DNA from: an uncultured Chthonomonadaceae bacterium
GTDB lineage: Bacteria; Armatimonadota; Chthonomonadetes; Chthonomonadales; Chthonomonadaceae
NCBI GenBank assembly: GCA_963817895.1
Contig: CAWFQB010000005.1
Span: forward strand, 256,001 to 320,000
Length of the DNA stretch: 64,000 nucleotides
Direction of reading: 5' to 3'
This document shows positions 20,413-31,128 of this stretch, piece after piece. The notes beneath the pieces were generated by a model. That model saw only the letters and a list, made by a program, of their open reading frames with translations, was not told the origin of the DNA and did not search any database. Every line of letters starts with the position of its first letter. Position 1 is the stretch's first letter. The translations under genes were made by a program, and so were the position numbers.

Positions 20413-21942
20413 TGCGATAATGGCGTGTATCGGCTGGCCGTGATCCATGGCGAGACGCTTGCGTCCGGGCACTTCCAGACGGCGCGAATCTAACCCCATC
20501 TGGCGCAGCACAGTCGCGTGAATGTCGGTGATGTAGTGGCGGTCTTCTACGGCATGGAAGCCCAGTTCGTCGGTGGCTCCGTGTGTTACGCCGCCCTTTA
20601 CGCCGCCGCCGGCCAGCCAGGCGCAAAAGCCCTGCGGATGATGGTCGCGCCCCGAACCCTCCGCGCCTGGTGTGCGCCCGAACTCCGTGCCCCATACTAC
20701 AAGCGTATCGTCGAGCAGTCCACGCTGCTTCAAATCGGCCAACAGCCCGCCGATGGGCTGATCCACCTGCGCGGCGAGCGAGGTATGATTGTTCTTGATG
20801 TCGGAGTGCGCGTCCCACGCGCCGCCCCCGCCCCCGCCGTGAAAAATCTGCACGAAGCGAACGCCGCGCTCCACCAATCGCCGCGCAACAAGGCACTGCT
20901 CCCCGAACGATTTGCACTCCGCCCGATCCAGTCCGTACATTGCGCGCGTTGCCAGATTTTCTTTCTCCAGCTGCAGCGTTTCGGGAACGGCTGTCTGCAT
21001 TTGAAAGGCCAATTCGTAGGCTTTGATACGCGCCCGCAGCTGCCGGTCATCAGGATAATCAATGCCCGCCAGATGGTTGAGCTTGCCGATAAGACTGAAA
21101 TCCGCCGCCTGCTCTTCATTAGTAATGCTTGCATCAGCGGGAGCCAGATACGGCAAGGGTCGCTTCACATCCACATTCAAGCGGACGCCCGCATATTCGG
21201 GGCCAAGGTAAGATGCGCCGTGCGTCCACGCGCCGCCGCAGCAATCCCCGGTCGGCTGTCCCAACACCACGTATTCGGGCAGGTTCTGATTGAGTGTTCC
21301 CAATCCATAACAGACCCACGAGCCGAGCGTGGGGTGCGCCCCTTCGCGCACATGACGACCCGTTTGGAACGTCAATTGCGCGCCATGATCGTTGTCCAAT
21401 GTCCACAGCGAACGGACAACGGCGAGATCATCCGCACACGCGCCCACATGCTGAAACCAATCCCCCACCACCAGCCCGCTTTTGCCATACGCTTTGTAGC
21501 CGGTCTGAATGGGCATAATTACTTTGCGGTTGCCGTGCGCGGGATTGCCGCCGACGATATTGGCGTTGACGCGCCTGGGGTCCAGTACGCTTTTGTACGG
21601 CGTTTCCTCAATGGATTTGCCCGCATACTTGTTCAGTTCAGGCTTGACATCGAAGCTTTCCAGATGGCTGACACCGCCGCAAAGGAATATCCAGATTACC
21701 GATTTCGCTTTGGGCGTGAAATGGGGAAGGCGAACATCCAAACCTGCATGATTGGGCGCGTTCACCGCTTTTGCAGCGCCAGCAGCTTTACTGGAAACAG
21801 GAGCCGCCTGCGCCTCGCCTTCCCGAAACAGCATCGCTCCCAGCGCCAATCCGGTAAAGCCCATGCCTGTATCCGTCAGGAATGCGCGCCGCGTCACGCC
21901 CCGGCAGCAATCTTTCTCAGCATTATCTTCATGTCCCGACAT
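20410..21942 (-). CDS. DUF1501 domain protein (Tat signal)
   Basis: TRRAFL; KAKSVIWIFLCGGVSH; ARRLVERGVRFVQ; WGTEFGRTP; GRDHHP. Confidence 0.92.
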   Translation of the reverse strand: MSGHEDNAEKDCCRGVTRRAFLTDTGMGFTGLALGAMLFREGEAQAAPVSSKAAGAAKAVNAPNHAGLDVRLPHFTPKAKSVIWIFLCGGVSHLESFDVKPELNKYAGKSIEETPYKSVLDPRRVNANIVGGNPAHGNRKVIMPIQTGYKAYGKSGLVVGDWFQHVGACADDLAVVRSLWTLDNDHGAQLTFQTGRHVREGAHPTLGSWVCYGLGTLNQNLPEYVVLGQPTGDCCGGAWTHGASYLGPEYAGVRLNVDVKRPLPYLAPADASITNEEQAADFSLIGKLNHLAGIDYPDDRQLRARIKAYELAFQMQTAVPETLQLEKENLATRAMYGLDRAECKSFGEQCLVARRLVERGVRFVQIFHGGGGGGAWDAHSDIKNNHTSLAAQVDQPIGGLLADLKQRGLLDDTLVVWGTEFGRTPGAEGSGRDHHPQGFCAWLAGGGVKGGVTHGATDELGFHAVEDRHYITDIHATVLRQMGLDSRRLEVPGRKRLAMDHGQPIHAIIA

Positions 21943-22068
21943 TGGATGTTCCCTTCGATGATGAACATCAAGGAATGTTATTGCTCACTATGTTGTTTGC
22001 AAGTTTGCAAAGAATATTTTTTCTTGCTGCCGCAGGCTTGCTGCCCGTATCCTGTTGGATGGCTGACC

Positions 22069-24578
22069 TTAGCGAATAGTGACAAAATCGTTGTGGTTAA
22101 AAAGGGCTAAAACCAGATGTTCGCGGGCGCGCTGCGCTTGCGCGGCTGTCGGGACAGCAGCAGGCGGTGTCGGACTGGAACGCGCCGCTATGGTTTTTGC
22201 CGATGGCGCGACAGTTGACGAGGAATTACGGGCGCGTTCCTCTAGAAATGTCAGGCACAATTTTTGCTCCTGAAGTGTCGGACGCCGCGCCAGAACACGT
22301 ATAAATGCCGCGCCCACAAAACGCGCATTGTCATTTCCTGCCATTTCGGATAGCGTTTTTGCCAGCGCGCGGGCCTGCGTTAAGGCCAATTCGCTGTTTG
22401 CCAGCGCGAGTGCCTGCTGGGGTATCACACTCGGCTTGCGCTCGTAACACTCGGTCACGCTCGCGCTGTCGAACAGTTTGAGAAACTCCACTTCCTTTTC
22501 CGCAGCCGTACGCAGGTACAGGCTCCGGCGATGCGAAGTCAGCCCAAGATTGTGATCCACTTCCGGCCCGCCACGAGTTTCGTCCAGAGAACCCGCTACA
22601 TATAGCATGTTGTCGCGCACCGCTTCCGCTTCCATGCGGCGCGACGACATTCGCCACAGATACACATTGTCCGGGTCAATATGGGCATTAACGGCATCCG
22701 GCGTGGACGTCTGGCGATACGCGGCGCTGGTGACGATCAGGCGATGCAGGGGTTTCATGCGCCAGCCCTTTGCCATGAGTTCGGAAGCCAGCCAATCCAG
22801 AAGCTGTGGGTTGGAAGGCGGGCGTGTATTGCCGCCGAAGTTATCTACTGTCGGTACAAGCCCCTGCCCAAAATGCCGCATCCATATCTGGTTCACGGCA
22901 ACCCGAGCCGTGAGAGGATTGCTTGTTTGCGTGAGCCAGCGCGCAAAAGCCAGCCGCCGCCCCGTGCTTTGCGCGGGGTACGTGGTCAGGCTGCGGGGTT
23001 GGTACGCGGTTGTAAGCGGCAGTTTCACCGCTTCCTGCGCCGTTCTCAGCGCGTCCTGTGCCGCCTGAACCGCTTTTTGCGCTTCGGCAATCTTCTTCTG
23101 CGCGTCTGCCGATTTAGGATCAACAGGGGTGGCCTTACCCTCAGCGGCGGGAACCAGAGGCGCAGACGGCGGCAGGGCGGCAAGCGCGCGGCGGGCAGTT
23201 TCCTGATTTAATTCGGCGATTCAGCGGCCTGTTCGCGCTGCCGGGCAAGGGTTTCCTGCGCCGCCTGCTTCCACTCCTCGCTCTCCTTTTTGCCGTCCTC
23301 CTCCAACTGCTCCACACGCAAAACAGCCAGCAAAGCGGCCTGGCGCGAGCGGGCAGCGGCAAGGCTAAGGAGGGCAGAATTGCGGTCTGAGGGAGTGGCG
23401 TTTTGCGCTGTATTTTGTGCCGCGCTAATTGCCTGTTCTCCGGCGGCAACCGTTTCCTGAATCACAAATGCGCGGCGGTCCGGCTGAACAGCAGCGCGCG
23501 GCAGGCTGACAGGGTGAATATCCAACTGTCCGCCGAGGGCGGCGGGAACGGCGGGAGTCAGGATGCGGGATTTATCGGGGTTACGCTCGTCGCCGCGTAT
23601 GAATAGATAGGTGGGAGCGGCAGCCTCGGCGTCATACGCGCTCACAAGCCCGTCTTTGGTTACATCCGGCTGATTGGGAACGCGGTCTGTGCGAACGTTG
23701 TGCGGCTCGAATACGGCGCGCAGACGATAGTACTCCTCCTGCCGGATGGGGTCGTACTTATGGTCATGGCATTTGGCGCAGTGCAGCGTCACTCCCATAA
23801 ACGCCCGCGAAGTATGATTAAGGGTGTCTTCCAGCCATTGCTCCCGGCTGAGCAGTTTGTAGTTACGGACAAGGAAGCCGGTCGCGCGCAACGCCTGCGT
23901 GTCTTCGGGGCAGAGTTCGTCCGCCGCCAGCATTTCCTGTAGCATCCGGTCGTAGCCCTTATCGGCGTTGAGCGACTCGACGATCCAATCGCGCCAGCGC
24001 CAGATAAAGGGCTTGCTGTCGCGTATCTGGTTGCCGTCCGCCCACCCTGCCCAATCGCTGTAGCGCCACACATCCATCCATTGCCGTCCCCACCGCTCCC
24101 CGTAGCGCGGACCGGCAAGCAGCCGATCCACCACTTTTTCATAAGCGTTTGGGGACGTGTCGGCTTCAAAAGCGGCCAGTTCTTCCGGAGTGGGGGAAAG
24201 CCCGGTCAAATCTATTGTGACGCGGCGCAGCAGCGTGGCGCGGGGCGCGGGTGGGCGTGGATGCAGCCCTCGCGCCTGCTGTTCTCGCGCCACAAAAGCG
24301 TCGATGGGATTACGCGCCCATACCGGATCAGCGGTTTTCGTATTGCCGCTTCTGGGCACGGTGGGACGGACAACGGGTTTAAACGGCTGCCAGCGATACG
24401 CCGTTAAAACCCGTTCCTGAATTTTTGCCGGTTCAATGCCATTGGCGGGCGCAGCGGCGGCAGGCGTGGCGAAATCCTGACGCAAACAGCAGACCGCCAG
24501 CAGCGCGGTTGCCATGCCGGAGGAGAAAATAGCCGCGAAGGAACGCGAATACACGAGTTGGAGGCATTTGTTTGTCAT
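22069..24578 (-). CDS. DUF1549/DUF1553 protein; frameshift near 23220
   Basis: NPIDAF, LLRRVTIDLTGL, YGERWGRQWMD and CAKCHDHKYDP in the first frame. GRRLAFARWL, NPLTARVAVN, RRMEAEAVRD and PQQALAL in the second frame. Confidence 0.85.
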
Positions 24579-24606
24579 GCGGATTTTGAAGATAAGCGGG
24601 CAAGCA

Positions 24607-25152
24607 TTACCCGACCGGGCCAACATCCTCACCTTTATCATGATCACCGAAGAGTTCCTTGTTCGCGTCATTGCCGATGTCGTCGGGGGCGTGGAGCAAT
24701 TCCACATGCGGCGCGGGTTCAGGGTGTCGCTCTGCTTCCTCTCCCGCATTTACGCCGACAGACGCTTCTTTAGCCAGCAATGCGGGCGGCGCGGAATACA
24801 TCTCTATCAGGTAGCCATCCGGGTCGTAGAAGAACAATTGTACAGCCCCGTCCGGGCGCAGGCCGTGACTGCGGAAGGTCTTGTAGCCCTTGCTTTCCAG
24901 ACACTCGCGCGCCTGGTATGTGTCCTCGATGCGCAACGCGAAGTGGTGGTGATGCCGCTCATCCGGGCTGATTGCGTCGTCCTCAATCAGATGCAGTTCC
25001 TGATTGCCCAACGCGAACCACGCGCCCCGAAAATTGAAGTTCGGACGCGGCAGCATCGGCAGCGCCAGAATGTTCTTATAGAAATGGACGGAAGCGTCCA
25101 GATCGCGCACATGAATAGCGACGTGGTTGAGTTCTTTTACGGTTAAGGGCAA
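24607..25152 (-). CDS. VOC/glyoxalase family protein
   Basis: LNHVAIHVRDL; HHFAL; LFFYDPDGYLIE. Confidence 0.9.
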   Translation of the reverse strand: MPLTVKELNHVAIHVRDLDASVHFYKNILALPMLPRPNFNFRGAWFALGNQELHLIEDDAISPDERHHHHFALRIEDTYQARECLESKGYKTFRSHGLRPDGAVQLFFYDPDGYLIEMYSAPPALLAKEASVGVNAGEEAERHPEPAPHVELLHAPDDIGNDANKELFGDHDKGEDVGPVG

Positions 25153-25171
25153 CAGAGTCTCCTTCGGAGGC

Positions 25172-25284
25172 GGTGTTCAGGTGTTCAGGTGTTCAGGTGT
25201 TCAGGAGTATAATTGGTAGATTTGTTGCGCTAAAGCAAAAGTGTTGCTCTTGCATTGTCCTGAACACCCGAACACCTGAACACC
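25172..25284. repeat. octamer tandem repeat (GGTGTTCA)x4 with an inverted copy
   Basis: GGTGTTCAGGTGTTCAGG... at 25172-25205; CCTGAACACCCGAACACCTGAACACC at 25259-25284. Confidence 0.85.
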
Positions 25285-25285
25285 C

Positions 25286-26245
25286 TTAATGCAGTGGGTC
25301 CACCACAAAGATCACGTTGAATTTGTTTAGGAAGCCGTCGCGTCCGTTGCAGGCCATTAAATGGGCGGCGTCCGCGTCGCTGAGTACGGCGTCGGAGGGA
25401 ATGGCGGTGCGAGCGGAACCACAGGCGCGCAACACAAGCGGGTTGCGCCCGCAGCGATCCAACTGCCGCGCCTGTTCCATGTTGTGCGCGTAAATCACGA
25501 TGCCGTGTTCCAGCACGTAGTCCGGGTCTACCCTCACGGTCCCCCACACTTCGCTGCCGTCCTGCCGCAGAATTTTGGGCGACATACAGCGCGCCAATTT
25601 ATAGCCCCGTGCGTCTATGATGACGGACGAATACGGTCCGCCGGTGGGAACGGGTTCGGGTTCCTGCGTATTGTAACGCGGCGGAGCGGCGGGCGCAGTA
25701 TCAACGGGGGCGGGTTCCGGGTCGCGGGAGGGTTCCACAGGCGGTTCCGGCGACCGTTCGCGGTTGCGCTGAATCTCTTCGGGCAGAAACGCGCGGGCTA
25801 TCCCCTGATCGCCATACATGTGCGTCAGTACGGTCACCTCCACCATGTTATCGCGCCCTACTTTGATATTGCGCTCGGAAATCACCTGCGCCCCCTTGAC
25901 GAGTCCCGACACCTCCGCCCGAATTGTATCCGACTGCGTTTCAAAATCCACCCCAACCGTATGCGAGTCTATACGAACGTGATCCACAACCATCAGCAGA
26001 TTGCGCAACGCGTCCAGTTTGGCGAAGCCGCGCGCTTTCAGATAGGCTTTGGCGTCGTTGTTTTCCGTGCGCGAAACCGCGCCCAACCCGGTCGCGTACA
26101 TCGCGCCATTCGTCCAGTCAATGCGCCCGTGTTCGTTGATGCGTTCGATGTCAGGCGTTTGTTTGCCGCCCGCCAGCGCAGGCAGCAGCAATCCGGCCAT
26201 AAAGGCGGCGCACAATGCGCGCGAAAGCCAGTGTTGTTTGTTCAA
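25286..26245 (-). CDS. secreted LPP20/FlgP-like domain protein
   Basis: Signal peptide; IDWTNG.YATGLG..ARGFAKLDALRNL..VRIDSHT..VSGLVKGA; C-terminal YSSVIIDARG..MSPKI domain. Confidence 0.6.
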   Translation of the reverse strand: MNKQHWLSRALCAAFMAGLLLPALAGGKQTPDIERINEHGRIDWTNGAMYATGLGAVSRTENNDAKAYLKARGFAKLDALRNLLMVVDHVRIDSHTVGVDFETQSDTIRAEVSGLVKGAQVISERNIKVGRDNMVEVTVLTHMYGDQGIARAFLPEEIQRNRERSPEPPVEPSRDPEPAPVDTAPAAPPRYNTQEPEPVPTGGPYSSVIIDARGYKLARCMSPKILRQDGSEVWGTVRVDPDYVLEHGIVIYAHNMEQARQLDRCGRNPLVLRACGSARTAIPSDAVLSDADAAHLMACNGRDGFLNKFNVIFVVDPLH

Positions 26246-26382
26246 TTCAAGTTCCTTTCAGATGCAAAAGACAGAAGACATCTTCACCACAGAGGCACAG
26301 AGACACTGAGGATTTACAGAGTATGAATACAGAGAAATGAGAAACGGTTCGTGATATAAAGTGGACAACGGACAGGAAAGAT

Positions 26383-27618
26383 TCACGGATGCCTTTCTAT
26401 GTTCGGCGCATGGGCGGCGCAGAGAATTAGCGGGCCTCGGTCGTTGAGAACGTGCAGGAGGGTGGGGGCAGATGCCGCTGTTCCTGATCCCTGCGCGGAG
26501 AAAGTAAGCGCGTTTTGCCGCGCTTTAATTGGCATGTGATTCAGCGCGGAAGCAGGCGACAGGGGAAATTGCGCTAAATCGTGGCGCAGGCTGCGCGTGT
26601 CCCGCCGCGTCAGGAAGCGCAGGGTTGTTTGCCGGGTTGCGCGTTGCTCGTCTACGAAACGGCGGAAGCCGCGCATGTCGGACAACATCTGTTTCAGGCG
26701 GTCGCACTCCGGCCCGCGCAGTCCTTCCACCCTCAGAGCGACCACGTAACCCTCCTGACGCTCCCGCGCCCACCGCGCCAGCAACATCGGCACAAACGTA
26801 GTTTCATTGTCGCCAATGGCAGACGTAGAAAGCGCGGCTGCGGCCTCGTGAAGCGCGTCCTCATCGCTCTGGAAACTGCGCCCGGACGCTTCCACGCGGG
26901 GCGCGGCCAGAACATCCTCGCTGACCGTGGAAATCGCCTGCAAGTTTAGCCGGATACGGCAGGCGGCAACCGAATCGCCAACTCCATACGGCGCGTCTTT
27001 GTCCCCCATGCGAACAGTGGGAACCACATCCAGCGCGCCCTTCAACACCACCTCCGCCGCGCCCTCGGAAGCCACTTCAAACCCCTGCGCCTGAAGCGCG
27101 TTGGACAGTTCCCGCTGAATCCGTTCCGCTGTTGCCGCGTATTCTCCCTTACCCGTAATCTGTACCCGCAGGCGCGGGCGTTCCAAATCCTTGTACACAT
27201 CGGCAATGTCGGACAGGCGGCGTACCAGCGAAACCAGTTCTACCGTTGCCCGCACTTCGATATGCAGAATACGCGGCTTTTCTTTTCCCTCCGCAGTCGG
27301 AACCGCAAGGGTTTCAATGCGCCGCGATCCCTCCACCACTTCCCACCGGCGCACAAAGCCCTCCGTTCGCCCCGAAATCTCGTCCTCCTCCACGCCGGAG
27401 TTCCGCCCGAGCGTTTTGGATTTGAGGAACAGCCCCACCGCCTGCTCGACCGCGTTGCGCTTGGCGTCCCAAACGGCCTCCTCCTGCGCGGCGGCAATGT
27501 CGCCATTAAACGCCGCCATGCCGGTTCCGGTCACGACAAGGGTTGAGGGTTCCTGCGAATACGCGGAACCTGCAATAAAGGAGAAAAGAAAAAAGAAGAC
27601 AAGAACCGCAAATTTCAT
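26383..27618 (-). CDS. secreted protein with an FlgT N-terminal-like domain
   Basis: Signal peptide; VTGTGMA..DIAAAQEEAVWDAKRNAVEQAVG. Confidence 0.6.
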   Translation of the reverse strand: MKFAVLVFFFLFSFIAGSAYSQEPSTLVVTGTGMAAFNGDIAAAQEEAVWDAKRNAVEQAVGLFLKSKTLGRNSGVEEDEISGRTEGFVRRWEVVEGSRRIETLAVPTAEGKEKPRILHIEVRATVELVSLVRRLSDIADVYKDLERPRLRVQITGKGEYAATAERIQRELSNALQAQGFEVASEGAAEVVLKGALDVVPTVRMGDKDAPYGVGDSVAACRIRLNLQAISTVSEDVLAAPRVEASGRSFQSDEDALHEAAAALSTSAIGDNETTFVPMLLARWARERQEGYVVALRVEGLRGPECDRLKQMLSDMRGFRRFVDEQRATRQTTLRFLTRRDTRSLRHDLAQFPLSPASALNHMPIKARQNALTFSAQGSGTAASAPTLLHVLNDRGPLILCAAHAPNIERHP

Positions 27619-29354
27619 TAGCGCCCCTGATCCAGCAAAATGCCCACATGCCACAGGCGCAGGAATCCGTCGTGGCGCTCGGCTTCCAGGATATGCCGCC
27701 CGGTTTCCACGCTCACCACAATGGCGTCGTTGGAAATGTCAATCGCGCTGACAATCATCGGGTGCGCGCCTGTACGTGTCCGTTCCGCGTCGGCGTGGTA
27801 ATAGTCCGCCATGCCGTGATCTTCGACCCAATCAATGTCCGGCACATGCCGAACGTCGGGGTATATCTGGTTGCCGTCCGTGTCCACAATTCGCGCGCTC
27901 ATTGAGCGCAGAACAGGCAGGTCGCGGGCTTCCACCAGCAGGCCGGTGTACACGATTTCCGAAGGCGCGATCACGGCAGGCGTGATATGCGACGGCTCGT
28001 TCCGAATCGTGAGTTGGGCCGGGATAACCGAACTGCCGACCGCCTGCCGCGCATGGGCGACGGTCCCGGCAACCGCGTTCCCTTGCGAACGGTTGCGACC
28101 AGCCCGCGCCAGCAGATTGTTCCGATTGACGAGGCTGCCCACAAAACCCCAGTTGGCGGGTTCCAGCGGATGCAGAGCGTGGGAAGTCGGCCAGATTCCG
28201 TGCCGTATCGCCGTCAGCACGTAACTGTTGGCCCAGGCAGGCACAAGGCGGGCATCGGGCAGGACGCTTGCCAGCGCGGTGGGGTTAGCGGCGGCGCGAG
28301 AAGCGACCGGAACGCTGGAAGCTACCAGAGCGGCTAAAGCGCGTAATCGATTGAGGGGAGCGGACGCGCCCCCCGGCGTAAAAAAACGGCTGGCTTCGCG
28401 GCTTCCCCCTCCCAACACGCGCCGAAGTTCTCCCTGCCGGACAACCCGCGAGGGAGAACTGTACGCGGGCGGGCTGATAAACGGCGGCGTAAAGAATGGC
28501 AGCGGAGCGGACGCGGAGCGGGAAGGCGTCGGCACATAAACACGCCGGGACGCGCCTGTATTCGGGTCGGTATACGTCTTGGAACCAGAAGAATCAGGAT
28601 TGGAAGAGGAAGTATTGGAAGAAGCCGGATCGTCCGGCTGACGCACATTGTAGCCATCGGAGTCGCTTCTGTTGGAATCGCGATTGTTGGAATCGCTGCG
28701 GTCACGGGCAGGACTGCGTACGGTATCGGTATTTTCCGGGTCGGGAATGGCTTTCTCCGGCGCGGGGTCGGGCAGGCTGTTGGGGATGGCCTCTTCCCGG
28801 CGCGGTTCGTTGTCATGCGGCAGATACGCGCCCGTCACCCGCTTATGGAACTGGTTGGCGAGTTGCTGCATCAGGCGCATCACCTCGTCGCGGTTTCCGC
28901 CCACATTGGCCGCGCCGCCGGGCGTGACCCGTCCCGTTCGCACGTCCAGCAGGCGCGCGTTGACGAGCAGTTGATTATCTCGCACAAGGTAACTGCCGAC
29001 AATCAGGCGATCCGCGCCGAGCAGTTTGCCCACCTTCTTCACGTCCTGCGGTTCGGCCAGTCCGGTAGATTGCAGCTTCAATTCGGTCAGGGCTTTGCCG
29101 ATTTCGGCGCGTTCCACCATGTGCAGGCGTTCTGATTGCGCCAGATCGGTCAGCAGGGTATCGGCCAGAAAGCGTCCGAGTTCCTTATCCTGCCCGGAAA
29201 AGTCGGCGACTGCGATACTCAGTCCCGAAGCTGCGGCGGGCGTGGCGGCGGAAGAAGATGGGGGCGATGATTTCTGCGCCCAGAGCGGCATGGGCGCGAC
29301 CAGCAGGCAAACCGCGCCAAACGAGAACATGTGCCAGGTTCTCATAACGGGCAT
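27618..29354 (-). CDS. secreted CsgG/FlgO-like domain protein with a low-complexity linker and a C-terminal domain shared with 25286-26245
   Basis: IAVADF..LHMVERAEIGKALTELKLQSTG..VGKLLGADRLIVGS; C-terminal YTGLLVEAR..MSARI. Confidence 0.65.
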   Translation of the reverse strand: MPVMRTWHMFSFGAVCLLVAPMPLWAQKSSPPSSSAATPAAASGLSIAVADFSGQDKELGRFLADTLLTDLAQSERLHMVERAEIGKALTELKLQSTGLAEPQDVKKVGKLLGADRLIVGSYLVRDNQLLVNARLLDVRTGRVTPGGAANVGGNRDEVMRLMQQLANQFHKRVTGAYLPHDNEPRREEAIPNSLPDPAPEKAIPDPENTDTVRSPARDRSDSNNRDSNRSDSDGYNVRQPDDPASSNTSSSNPDSSGSKTYTDPNTGASRRVYVPTPSRSASAPLPFFTPPFISPPAYSSPSRVVRQGELRRVLGGGSREASRFFTPGGASAPLNRLRALAALVASSVPVASRAAANPTALASVLPDARLVPAWANSYVLTAIRHGIWPTSHALHPLEPANWGFVGSLVNRNNLLARAGRNRSQGNAVAGTVAHARQAVGSSVIPAQLTIRNEPSHITPAVIAPSEIVYTGLLVEARDLPVLRSMSARIVDTDGNQIYPDVRHVPDIDWVEDHGMADYYHADAERTRTGAHPMIVSAIDISNDAIVVSVETGRHILEAERHDGFLRLWHVGILLDQGR

Positions 29355-29911
29355 ATTCCTTTCCAATTCCAACAAACAAGCGCGCGAACAGCAGCGACAA
29401 AATACAAACAGGCGTAATCAGGCATAGAAATACATAACGGAACCAAAAGGAGAGACAGAATCACACAGCCATAGCGTTGGCAGGAACAGCCGCAACATTG
29501 GCATTAAGATGTATACCAACGGCGCGTGAAAAGTTGGTGGTGTTGTAAGGGCTTGATTTATCAAGCCCGCTTGCCGCAACATCGAACTTTTAACATGTCG
29601 TCAGTATAAAAGCGTGGCGGAACAGCGGAGACGTCAGCAAGAACGCTGCCAGACGTTGCGGGAGTGTGCGGCACTCCGGGGCATCGTTGGGCAACTGCGG
29701 CCACATAGTAAGATTGTCGGAACGGGGGCGTATGCTCTGTATTCGCTTTCGCCGCGCAGAATCCTGCTCCCGAAAAATAATTCTTGAAAATTTTTACAGG
29801 ATTTTTCCTGACTCACGGCAAACCTTTGCAAGCGTGACGGCCAATTCGGGCTGTGCAGCATAAATAACCGCGAATAACCATTCAATGACCATTTCAAGAG
29901 GCGAAAACAAC

Positions 29912-31018
29912 ATGAAACCATTGCGCGTAGCGCTTGTCGGGTGCGGAGTTATCAGTCATGACCATGCCAGAGCGTTTGCGGATGCCCGCGCCAATCGCGA
30001 CCGGGCGCGTTTAGTCGCTTTTTGCGACACGGACGCGGAACGCGCGCAATCGGCATACAACACCTACGCCGAGGCGCTGGAAAAAAACACGGTTGTATCC
30101 ACGACGGACGCCACGCCGGGAGCGCAGGCGGCGTACAGTAATTCTACTATCACAACCTCTAGCGTAGAGGCTACGACTACGCAAAGTTATGCCGAAATAT
30201 TGGCGCGCGAGGATGTGGACGCGGTAGACCTGTGCCTGCCCCACCTGCTTCACGCTGATCTAACGATTCAGGCGGCACAGGCGGGCAAGCATATTCTGTG
30301 CGAAAAACCCCTCGCTCTCAGTGTCGAAGATATAGACCGCATGGAGGCCGCCGCGCGTTCGCATGGCGTTGTGCTAATGCATGGCGAAAACACGCGCACG
30401 GTTCCCCACGTCACCAAAGCGGCGGAACTGGCGCAATCAGGCGCAATCGGTAAAATCGTCGGCATACAGGGAACGTTCACGCACTGGCAGCGGGCGCAGA
30501 TGAATCAGGGTTGGCGCGGCGATCCCCACGAAGCGGGTGGGGGCGAACTGATAGACGGTGGTATCCACATGGTAGACATCATGCGGAATGTGGGCGGTGA
30601 TGTGACTGCGGTACAGGCTATGACCGGCACGTACCGCGAAGACACGGGCGCGGGCGAGGATTTGGCGGTCATCAACCTGCGCTATGCGGGCGGGCATTAC
30701 GGGCAGATGCTGTCCTGCCACGCTACGCAGGGACGGGGCGCGTCCCCCCTGCTCACGGTCTTCGGCATGGACGGCGTTATCAGTCTGGAAGCGTTTCGCG
30801 GCTCGACCGTGACCCTGTTCAAACCCGGACAGGAGCCGCAGGAGTGGAAAATGGCGTTCACCTGGCCCGAATCGTTCGTCATCGAAGTGACGCATTTTCT
30901 GGACGTGGTACAAAACGGCGCAACCCTGCTTTCCACGCCCCGCGACGCCAGAGAAAACCTGCGCCTCGTCTACGCCGCCTACGAATCCGCCCGCATCGGA
31001 AAGGAAATTGCATTGTAG
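29912..31018 (+). CDS. Gfo/Idh/MocA oxidoreductase
   Basis: VALVGCGVI; HILCEKP; GGGELIDGGIH. Confidence 0.92.
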   Translation: MKPLRVALVGCGVISHDHARAFADARANRDRARLVAFCDTDAERAQSAYNTYAEALEKNTVVSTTDATPGAQAAYSNSTITTSSVEATTTQSYAEILAREDVDAVDLCLPHLLHADLTIQAAQAGKHILCEKPLALSVEDIDRMEAAARSHGVVLMHGENTRTVPHVTKAAELAQSGAIGKIVGIQGTFTHWQRAQMNQGWRGDPHEAGGGELIDGGIHMVDIMRNVGGDVTAVQAMTGTYREDTGAGEDLAVINLRYAGGHYGQMLSCHATQGRGASPLLTVFGMDGVISLEAFRGSTVTLFKPGQEPQEWKMAFTWPESFVIEVTHFLDVVQNGATLLSTPRDARENLRLVYAAYESARIGKEIAL

Positions 31019-31031
31019 ATTTTTCTGCTGC

Positions 31032-31062
31032 TCTGTAACACTTTCGTGTCTTATTGGGAATA
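31032..31062 (+). promoter_or_regulatory. putative ECF-sigma promoter TCTGTAACA-N15-GGGAATA, copy 1
   Basis: Lies 66 bp upstream of the sigma ATG; identical boxes and spacing recur at 34279-34309; AAC in the -35 box is typical of ECF promoters. Confidence 0.7.
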
Positions 31063-31128
31063 CCATATCATGCAGGGAAGAAAGCCGCCACTAACCGGAC
31101 ACGAACCGCGCAGACAAGGAGAGCGCCG

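Noticed and set aside
19199..22110. Long ORFs 19199-20917 (-) and 20518-22110 (+), and similar ones at 10362-11516, 14663-15943 and 40598-41944
   Set aside because: Antisense shadows of well-supported GC-rich genes, with no recognisable motifs.
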